Assembly: GCF_041956535.1 (NCBI RefSeq)
Contig: NW_027192210.1
Location: 190,273-254,272, forward strand
Origin: Calcarisporiella thermophila CBS 279.70
Taxonomy: Eukaryota > Fungi > Calcarisporiellomycota
DNA: 64,000 nucleotides
Direction: 5' to 3'
In this document: positions 1-10,281 of the stretch, one piece after another
Layout of the letters: every line of letters starts with the position of its first letter
Position numbering within the stretch: position 1 is the first letter of the stretch
Translations under genes and position numbers: made by a program
The notes under the pieces: generated by a model
What the model saw: the letters and a program-made list of their open reading frames with translations, nothing else
What the model was told of the DNA's origin: nothing
Databases searched by the model: none

Positions 1-57
1 CGACTCCACCTCAAGAGTGATGGTCTTGCCGGTAAGTGTCTTCACGAAAATCTGCAT
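1..57 (-). CDS. Ubiquitin, N-terminal 19 codons (polyubiquitin or ubiquitin-ribosomal fusion; truncated by window edge)
   Basis: Reverse complement from ATG at 57 reads MQIFVKTLTGKTITLEVES, the invariant ubiquitin N-terminus. Not in the ORF track. The type of ubiquitin gene cannot be determined. Confidence 0.97.
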   Translation of the reverse strand, partial: MQIFVKTLTGKTITLEVES

Positions 58-416
58 GATCACGTAAAAATTCGTTAAATGGGTAAGAACAAGAAAAAGT
101 GTACTAAGGGAGGACAGCTGAGACGGAAACCTTTAAATATCCGCCAACCGCGTGATGAATCACGGAAATGATGCAGCCATTGGTTGAGGGCAGTCTTGGA
201 GGGGGGGGGGTGCTAGAGAATTCTGGTGCCTTCCTAGTAGAGCAGGTCCACCCCTTCCCCATTGACTTGCTCTTCATCCAACCTAGTCGGGTGCGCTAAA
301 CCAAAAGAAAATTCAAAGGGTGTAAGTATCCATCCATCGGCGGGAAGATGCGTGCGTTCGCCATGGGTTGACGTAGAGGAGGAGGATGAGGAGAGGAAGA
401 GATCGTTTTCATCTAA

Positions 417-1178
<762 letters not shown>

Positions 1179-1415
1179 AACAGTTTTCAATGCAAGATAT
1201 TGGTATTTGACTTTTTTTTTTCTCTCTCTTCTCTTTATCATTCTCTTTTTCTTCGCCCTCTTTTTTTTTTTTCTCCAGCGGTTGTCTATATTTTCGGGGG
1301 GATTATAGTGTTTCTTTTTTTTTCCATGGTTGTGATTAATGTTTAATAACAGATGAAAAAGATAATACAACTGGATATAATAACTATCACGAATCAGTGA
1401 TTTAGTGAGGGACCC

Positions 1416-2758
1416 CTAAAGGATGCCTAGTGATATTAGAACCCATAGTACGGTGCTTACCACGCGGAGAAGCATATTTCTATTCGGGGAAAGGAGAGAA
1501 AAGGATTAGCCATCGAGCCCGAGGGAGCGAAGGGAGGGTGAAAAGGAGGCTCACCGAATGAACTGGTTTTTAGCGTGGTTCATTTCTGTGGATTGCAGGG
1601 ACCCCTTCACATTGTCCATACCCCGCTTGAACATGGTTGCTTCACACTTGACTAGGGCGGCCCTCCAGTCGTCCGCACACAGGGCCTCGGCGAGATCCGC
1701 CGCGTCGAAAAAGGCGGTGTTGGCGCCCATGCCTCGATGGGTCGTCATAGCATGCAGGGCGTCCCCCATGAGGGTGACGCGGCCGGAGGGCTCCAACGGA
1801 TTCACTTGGGTATATTTCATGCACCGAATTGGGCGCGGGCCGTAAATCTCCCTATCGTTCGCGAGAAGCTGATCGAAGATGTAGCAGAGCTCCGGGTTCC
1901 CGCCAAACACCTCCTTTCCTCGCTGCGCAATCCGGGCCTGGATCGCGGCCCGGTCGGCGCCGGAGTCGTCCAGCGGGATGGAGTCGTCTCGGGGATAGCT
2001 AAAGGCGAACAGGGTGATGGGCTCTCCGTCATGATCGAGGCCCGACCCCAGAAGCAGCGAGTACCTCTGGCTACTGACCACCCTGACCATGTTGCTCTGT
2101 TCTTGGATAAGGCTGGAAACGATGGGGCAGTGCTCCTTCGGCAGGGCGGGAATAAAGCTCCCCACCGACACGAATCCCGTGTCCATCATCTCCAGGCTGG
2201 GGCACCGCTGGGCCCGCACGCGCGATCGCAAGCCATCGGCGCCCACCAGGAAGTCGGCGCGTGCGCTTGTCCCGTCCTCAAACCAAAGGGTCACGCCATC
2301 CTTATCCTCGTCGTAGCGCGTGAACTGCTTGCCCCACTGCACGTTCACCCCCTTGGTGAGTTCGTCCCGGAGCAGAAAACGGCTCACAAGGGCGGTCGCG
2401 GCATGCTTGCTGGGCATAGGCAGGGTGCAAATGTGCTTGAGGTTGGCGTCCTTGAAAACGAAGCCGTCCATGATACGGCTCTGGGCCTGGAAGAAGGGGG
2501 TGAGATGCGGGGCCTTTCGGAGCCGAGGGAGGGAAACGCCGATGAACCAGCCCTGATGGCGAGCTCCGGTCCCCTCATCCCTGAGGTCCAATGCATGTCA
2601 GGGTCGGTTTTCTCGAATGCGAGCGGAATGGTTGCTTACCTCTCATAGATCGTGACTTCTTTGCCAGAATCGCGAAGACACTGGGCCAGATAGAGGCCGC
2701 CCAGCCCCCCGCCGACAATAGCGATTTTTTGGAGTGGCTTTTCTTGTGGATGGGCCAT
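1416..2758 (-). CDS. FAD-dependent monooxygenase (FAD_binding_3 / class A flavoprotein hydroxylase-like)
   Basis: Exon 1 encodes MAHPQEKPLQKIAIVGGGLGGLYLAQCLRDSGKEVTIYER (GxGxxG). After intron 2639-2581 come the DG motif (ADFLVGADGLRSRVR) and GD motif (VTLMGDALHAMTTHRGMGANTA). A final intron (about 1554-1480) adds the hydrophobic tail NMLLRVVSTVLWVLISLGIL-stop. Confidence 0.9.
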
Positions 2759-4725
2759 TGCCTAGAGGAAGAGTAGGGAGAGTGCGAGCTATATTGAGGT
2801 ATGTGACTTGCGCGGCCGATCCCTTTTTATCCTGCATGCCCAGCACCGCTGTGGCTCGCCAAGATTGGAGCCCAGTTTCGGATAAACCATATGAGACCCG
2901 ATGGGGAAATTGCCTGACGGAGTTTGAAACGGGCTTGGCCGGATTCCCGGATTGATTGCTGGAGTCGCGGGCCGATCGACCAGCGCTCGCGCTCAAGGGC
3001 GAAAAAGCGCCTCCACTGTCGCTCAGCGATCAGCTCATCCACGCTAAAGGTGCGTGCGTCCTACCGTGTGTGCGAGAGAGAGCACATATCCATTGTCAAG
3101 ACGTGCTCATCATCGGGTGAATGGCACCGCCATTCCTCTTATGGGCATATTTCTTGGACAACTTCCATATTGCCGAGAACCGGACAGCTTTGGCAGAAAC
3201 GCTGCCCAGCACAGCCGCCACAAGTCCTGGCTCACTCTCCTCTCTCGCGCAATAGGTTGTGCCTAGTTTGCGGTGGAAAGTCTACATTAAGCTTGACTTG
3301 CTTAAAGTTAGAGCTCGTGACGCACCAAAGCCATTGTGACCCACCACCCTCTACTGTGTGGTGGAGCATGGCCTCCTGTCACCACATGCTTGTCGTCAAC
3401 TCACTATCCTGCACCGAAGCTCTGAAACTTCCTCACGGCCAATCCCCCTCGATTCAACCTGATCCTTGCGGATTCATTTGAGATTGTGCTCATCCTATTT
3501 TAAGGTTTGTACTCTCCCACCTAGGTCGTCCTATTCACACAGAAGGAATCATGCTAAGAAGAGGGCGATGAGATGTCTAATGCAGCCATATCTCAAGCCT
3601 GCTTGTGATTTTTAATGAATCGACTAACTGGAGGTAGCTGCGGTCAATTGAGAGTTTGGCCAAAGTGGCTGTCAATTTCGCTTAGTTAGAGGAGCGTGAT
3701 CCTGATTCTATTTTGCTTGTTAAAGATTTAGTATGGTGGACACGGAGAGATTTCGAATGCTTATGGTTGAGAGTCCGCTAAACAGCCCGTTTCCGATCAT
3801 TCCTTTTGTTTAAAAGGATTATTTTTCTTATGATTTTGATACTGTCTGGAAAGAGAGAGATCCTCGGTTTATCCTTCGCTCTGCGATTTAACCTTATCCG
3901 CTCGCATTTCCTATACACACTCAATTGCCCTGTGCCTCCGAATCTTGGGGATGGATCGTTTCTCTCTATCGGAATTTATTACTTGAATGCATTGAGAAAC
4001 TCGTCTATTTTTTATTTTCCTCACACGTCGACGGGCTCAATAGAAATGAGACTTGGATTCCTCTTTCATCGAGCTAACTGATTCACCGGCAAATCCCAAC
4101 GCCGCCTCCTTATGATGTAATTGAAAGAGGGTAAGAATTAGACGGTTAAGAAAAATGATTCGAACCCAACCTCGGTTTCCCAATTTCGATTGGAAAACAG
4201 GACCCACTCATAAGATAGTCCAGGTTCAATAGGGATTGGTCCATGATTTTCCGTTTGCATTCGACGCAGTACCCGGAACTCTGCCCATTTTCATGTGTGC
4301 GGCTCTTTATCAAAGGGAGGAAGAGGGCGTCCTTCTGCAGGACGGATTCATCTATCTCGAGGCACACATGATGTCCTTTATTGCAATATCGAGCCAAGCA
4401 GAGAGCCAAAATAGAATCAAAACCTGGATTTGGAGATCGCTGCTATGATCTCTGAGATTTTAAATTCACCGAGAGAAAAACCCAAGTAAGCCTCCAGCGC
4501 AAATCCTCTGGAGGAAATTTTTTTTTGCGCAGAGATCCTGCCCATCGTTATAAACTCGGTTATTTTTTTCGTGGAGCTCCTTGACCTCTTCGCCTGTTTT
4601 CTTGACGATTAGAGAGCCGGCTCCTGCGTCTTCCTTGGGCAGTGTGTGTTCAAGGAGAAATAAACCGGCGGCCGTTTTCCTATAGGTATAACTGCACTGC
4701 CTGGCTGGGAAATCTTCCGACCCCG

Positions 4726-4732
4726 TATAAAA
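4726..4732 (+). promoter_or_regulatory. TATA box of the secreted repeat precursor gene
   Basis: TATAAAA 120 nt upstream of the ATG at 4846, followed by a pyrimidine-rich leader. Confidence 0.6.
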
Positions 4733-4845
4733 GAGCGACCCGCCTCCCCCCTCCCTCCCCACTCCTGTCCGCATATCGCACCCATCTTTTACTATCTATC
4801 TATTTATACCTTTATATCTATCCATTTACAAAACCAGATAACACT

Positions 4846-5553
4846 ATGAAGCTCTTAAGCTCCACCCTTGTCCTGGTTCTGATCTCAGCCGCGGCCGCGC
4901 TGCCCATCAAGCGCGGGATCCTCGACGGCGCCCTCAATAACCTCGATTTGCTCGATCACATATCCATCGCCAACACCAACATCAATTCCGAGATTTCGGA
5001 CGTGGAGAATCGCAATGCCAACACCGATGCCGACGGGGATTGCGACAACAGTGTGATCACCAAGCGCAAAGTCGCCAAGCTTCCTTGGTGGCGGCGTGGA
5101 CTCCTCGATGGTGCCCTCAATAACCTCGACTTAATCAGCCATATTTCCATTGCCAACACCAACGTTGACTCGGACGAGTTCACGGCCGAAAACAGAAACG
5201 CCAACACCAAGGCAAGTGGCAAATGCGACAACTCGATCGTGCAAGGCTCAGGGCACCACCACCACCACGACAAGCGTGCCAATGACCGAAAGGAGAAAGC
5301 CTCCGCCCCCCCAAGTCTAGACCGCCGAGGGATCCTCGACGGGTCACTCAATAATGCGGACATCATCGACCACATTTCGCTCCTCAACTCCAACGTCAAT
5401 TCCGATAGTTCCACCGCAGAAAACAGAAACGCCAACACAGTAGCGAAGGGCGACTGCGACAACTCGATCTTCCAAGGGGGCAGGCATCGCTGGCACAAGC
5501 GGCACAAATTCTGCAGGCGAGCAAAGGCCAGCGGGACGCCCGCCCAGGAGTGA
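4846..5553 (+). CDS. Secreted Kex2-processed repeat protein (KEP) precursor with three ~49-aa Asn-rich repeats
   Basis: Signal peptide MKLLSSTLVLVLISAAAA-LPIKR. Repeats begin GILDGALNN (4915), GLLDGALNN (5098) and GILDGSLNN (5329), each immediately after KR or RR and closed by KR. Intronless, 235 aa. Confidence 0.9.
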   Translation: MKLLSSTLVLVLISAAAALPIKRGILDGALNNLDLLDHISIANTNINSEISDVENRNANTDADGDCDNSVITKRKVAKLPWWRRGLLDGALNNLDLISHISIANTNVDSDEFTAENRNANTKASGKCDNSIVQGSGHHHHHDKRANDRKEKASAPPSLDRRGILDGSLNNADIIDHISLLNSNVNSDSSTAENRNANTVAKGDCDNSIFQGGRHRWHKRHKFCRRAKASGTPAQE

Positions 5554-6643
5554 ACGTACCCTCGCCCTGGTCGATTCGAGCGTCGAGCATGGAACTCCGC
5601 GAGAGGTCTAGGACCGGAAGAGTAGATGCCGGGGGACAAATGGGGATCATAGTGCAACAAAATGATGCATCATTTTTAGACTTAGCTTGATGTTTACTTT
5701 TCTTTATACTAGTCTTTTAGAAAGGATATTAGAAGACCGAGCCTTCTCTTGTACCCTCAGGAGAATTGGGCTTTAATTTCTGGCCTATTTTCACATTATG
5801 ATGTGCTTCTCTCGAGTTTCACTTATATTACCAATAAATCCGCAGCACTTCCTATTTCTCTATCTTTTTTTCTGAAAGAGGGAGGAGGGCGATTCGATCT
5901 TTTCCACGATGCCCCAAAAAAGAAAACCAGGAAGAAAGTCACAATTAATGCAGTATCCTCACTATTGGACCGATGGGATCTCCTTCGGGATCAAAGCAGA
6001 GAACCCGTTTGTGCAGCATTTGCAGCTAGGGGGGGCAAATCCTTCTAACAAAGAGCTTCGAGGGAGGAGAGAAAGCCCTTGTTTTTCTCTTCAAGGCCTT
6101 TCCCAACAGTAGCTCTTCCTGGCGTGCGCTGACTGGGTCTGTCAGAGATTGGGTGTCGAGGACTAAGAAAATTTTCATAAATTGGGAAAAGTTATCTAAG
6201 CTTTCTTAGATTTGTTTGTCCTTTGGTGTCGGCTGAAACTGTCCCCTCTGCAAGTTAATTTCTCCATCTCTAATCGCGCTGCATTCTCAGCTAAGGAGTG
6301 GTACAGGTCCTCGGTTACCGACTGAATAAAAAAAATATTTTCTGTGACCAAGCAGAGAGGAATTTCCTTCACAGCTCCCTGCCAAACCGCAACATAAAAT
6401 AATTTTCTTTTTTTTTTTTCTACTTTGACTTAACCGGCCGAATAAAAGTGGATACTCTATAGGGCGAGCTGCTCCTCTCGATGTATAATAATTTATTTCT
6501 AGACGAGATTAGACTTACACTAGGTAAATGGTCTTGTTGACAACCCCGATCCCCCTCCTTTTTTGAATCGATGAATAGCTAACCCCTCCTCCCGTAATCT
6601 CTGGCCTACATTCTATATAATAGATATCCCTTACAGACCATAA

Positions 6644-9600
6644 ATGAAATCGCAGTATAAATCCAAATCCACTCCGAGACGAAAAAGAGCCCACCTGACG
6701 GCCGCTGAAAGACGGGAGAAGCTCTCGACCCGGAATTCGACCACATCTGCAAGCGAGGATGAGGAAGACGAAGACGAAGATAATCATCGCGGCAGAAATA
6801 CAAAGAATGGAAGGGGCCGGGCGAGAAAAAGAGAAGAGGAGGACGGAGTATATTGCAAATGTCGGAGAGGATACGATGGAAAAGAATTTATGATCGGTTG
6901 CGATGGATGTCAAGGTACGGGTCATGCTTACCGATATATTTAGAGCACATACAGGATCCTAACTCTCTTCTACCACTCATTCCTGGATTTTCCGGGGCTT
7001 TAGAGTGGTTTCATGGCCGTTGTATTGGCATGACTCCGAGCGAGGCCAAGCTCAACCAGCACTACTTCTGTGATAAATGCCGAGAGGGTATGAAGAGCGA
7101 CAGAAGCATAGGGCGAGAAAAACTAAAAGGCAAGAAAATCGCAGCCCCGAAGAAGAAGATGGAGAAGAAATCGCGCAGTGTCAAGAGTAAGCACGGCCTA
7201 CTGCCAGATGAAAATATTTTTTTATTCTACTTTTTGCTTATCATCAATCAATCTGGCTCTAATTTCTCCCTCCTAGGTGTACCGCCGACAGTTCCGATAA
7301 AGAAAACCAAATACCCCTCCTCTACATCTCTCCTCGTAAATCCTGTCGGTGCCGAAGAGATCGACGATGACATATGCCCGGTTTGCGAATTCGAGTGTAC
7401 TTGTCAGAATCAGCAAAAGCAGGCACCTAACTCCCATGAGTTGCCCCCGATGGGCAAGTGGTCCAGCCAGCCTTCCGCCACCGTGCTCGCGGGAGGGCAA
7501 GCGATGCTGGATTACTTACCGGAAGATGGGGAGGATAGGGTGGACTCGGATGCGTCGACAATAACAGACATAGATGAGGCTGATCGAATACCAAATCGCA
7601 ACCACGCAAAGAGCAAAGGCCGAAGAAGATATGTGTGGGTGGCCGCAGACGGTGACAAGCTCATCGTGGAGCTCAAAAAAGGCCATGATATAGTCGTTCT
7701 CGATGGGCCGCTTCATTTCAGATCGACAAACAGGCCGAGGGGGGCTGGCAAAGGTAAAGGCAAAAGCAATGTGGGGCGACGACGGTCAGCAACGGTCCTT
7801 TCATCAGGCTCGGAGGTGTCTATTGGGTTAGAGGGAGAAACATTAAGTGCAAGCGAAGAGGACGATGTCGGCGACGATGTGGATATGGTGCTGGAGGAAG
7901 AAAGATATTTGATTGGGCAATTTGAGGCTGAAGCATCGAGTGATAACTCTGATATTGATGATGATGATGATGAAGAGGAGGACGAGGAGGAAGAGGAAGA
8001 GGATGAGAATTGGGATGAGGACGAAGAGGAGGACGACGAGGAGGATGCGGGCAAAGCGAGCGACGACGAAGGCGCTCGTGACTATGTATTGACTCGAATA
8101 GAGAGTGAAAAGCTTGTGATCGAGACACAAATAGAAATCGGAGAAGAGGAAGAGGAGGAAGGGGACGAGGGTTATAGACGATTAGCGAGGTGGAGCGATT
8201 CGGACTGGGGCAGTGAGGAGGAATTAGAGGAGTCTTGGTTTGTAGACACAATAGAATCGAGTCGAAGCGATGCAGATACCGAGTATGACCGGGATGGAGA
8301 GGACGACGAGGACGGGGATGAGAGTGAAAATGAGCACGGACCCGAGGATGGCCACTTTCGCGATGTCGAGTTTGCCGGCGCGGGCGCTTCACTCCTGGAT
8401 TTATCTCCCGAAGCCATTGTTGCACTGCAAGCCATGCCCTCCGAATATGGTCTGGATATGGATACCTCAGCTGATGGCCCAGCTCAAAAAGACGATCGCA
8501 TCTTGCGGATGTTTGGGGAGCAGTTCGCGGCCCTGGGCTCAACTCCAACTTCGCCTTCTCTGCTGCCGCTATCTCAGCCCACACCGGTACAGGATAGAAT
8601 GGACGCAAGACATGCCCGAGATTTAGTATCGGCTTTGGTGCGTGCCAGCACTTCACAAGTGGCTGCGGGCAGCTCTGGGAAACGGGGGAGGGAGGTTTTA
8701 GCCTCCGCTGGTGACTCATCTCTGCCCGTTGGATCACGGCAAATTCTCCCACGGTTCACCCCATCCTCTCCCGAGATGAATAAGGCCGTGATCGAGGGGT
8801 CCTCGGGAGCAAGAGTGGCGGGCAGCGAGAAGAAAAGATTGAGCGTAGAGGTGAGAGCGCTATTTTCCCTAACCCCGTTTTCAGACCCTAATTCTGATCT
8901 ATTGTATCGTCTTCCCGTAGTATTTCATGGGCGGTGCCAAGCGAAAACGCAGTTCGCTCAGTCTTCCTGCCTCGTTTGCCAGTGCTGAACTCGGGGCCTC
9001 CTATGCCGCGGCCCCAGCAGGATCCACGGAACCCAATGAACGCGAGCCGTCTCCGGTTCCGATCGACGAGATTGTGGACACTGAGCAGCTCGATCTGACG
9101 CCGTCGCGCTCCCCCTCCTCTGAACCCACTAGCCCCGCAAACCAACGACTCCTCAAAAACCTTTCGCGGTGGGAGCGCATTCCCATCGGTGCCTTCCGCC
9201 GCTCCCGACGCCTGTCTTCGGCCCCCTTTATCCCCATCACCAAGGCGCTGAAGTCCTCGGCAGTGAATACAACGCTCTTAGGGAGCGAAAATTACCGACG
9301 TCATCCACACCACTACCAGCATTTTCACATTCATCACTATCACCACTACCACTTCTCCTCTTCGCGGAATTTCCATTACACAAACACCACCGCCACTTCC
9401 ACTGCCTCCGCACAGAACACTACCAAAGACGACTTGGAGCTTGTCTTGGCGGACGAGGTTAGCAAGCCCCCCTCCTCTGCCTGCTCGACGCCGTTGCACT
9501 CGCCTCTCTTCTCGGGAATGATTGTGGGGCGCGGATGCCCTCCCTTCAGTCTAGATGGGGACGACTTGATCGACGACGAGCTGGCGCTAGACCCATTTAC

Positions 9601-9736
9601 CGGGTTGGAAGAGGTAAATACGGGCGGAGGAATTCGCCGGAGGGCGAGTGTAAGGGGGGAAAAGCGGAAAAAGGGAAAGAAGAAGAGGTTAGGAAGAAGA
9701 ACAAAAGGGGTGATGTGGAATGTGGGCCTGAATTGA
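6644..9736 (+). CDS. PHD-finger protein with long acidic tract
   Basis: Spliced PHD finger VYCKCRRGYDGKEFMIGCDGCQ|EWFHGRCIGMTPSEAKLNQHYFCDKC (C4HC3, Spp1/Cfp1/Bye1-type). Introns about 6915-7003, 7187-7276 and 8851-8920. Also CPVCEFECTC, a D/E-rich middle, LSRWERIPIGAFRRSR, a His-rich patch and a basic NLS-like tail. Confidence 0.85.
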
Positions 9737-10281
9737 CTCTTCGCTTTCTGAGTTTACACATTAATTTTACCTACAGATTTGCAGATACATATATATTATT
9801 TATTATTTTATTTTTATTTGGACGAAAAAAAAACTTTTTTTTTTCCTCTGACAGTATATATATACTTTCCAAATGCTTGCCAGTTTCTTTTTTTTTTGCT
9901 TTTCTTCTTGATTTATACTTTTTTACATGAAATCAAAATACACATAATTAATCCTATAGCACCCTGCGTAGCGTTGGTTTAGAAACGGACCAGGGTGGTG
10001 AGAGGCCCACACCATTGCGCCAATGCCCGCACTCGACCAAAACCAGCTAACCGCACTCCATTGGAGACCACGAAACAAAGCATTGATTTCTTCACTCTCT
10101 CCTCGAAAATCGCCTCTTTCCAATTACAAATAAATGAAAAATTGTCATAATTAGGAATAAAATTCTGATTCGGATCAAATGAAAAGGCACCAGAAAAAAA
10201 AATAAGCTGCCAGTTACCAAAGTCGCTTCCCCCCTTCTTTAATCAACCTTGGTTGAGTGTGGTGTTCAATACGTATAGATC

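Noticed and set aside
1737-2648. 303-aa plus-strand ORF
   Set aside because: Antisense shadow of the GC-rich monooxygenase.
2924-3481. 185-aa ORF in the monooxygenase/precursor spacer
   Set aside because: Non-ATG start, no recognisable motif, and composition typical of non-coding frames.
4150-4215. tRNA-like GGGTTCGAATC plus a hairpin on the minus strand
   Set aside because: The T-stem does not pair, and no acceptor stem or D-arm can be built.
2760-4840. Repeated GATC motifs as a light-response array in the divergent promoter
   Set aside because: About 11 copies in 2.1 kb is close to chance for a 4-mer.
4642-4845. N-terminal 68 codons of ORF 4642..5553
   Set aside because: Starts at a non-ATG codon and spans the TATA box and leader; the ATG at 4846 opens a clean signal peptide.
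7820-8752. 310-aa minus-strand ORF
   Set aside because: Antisense shadow of the acidic low-complexity region of the PHD gene.
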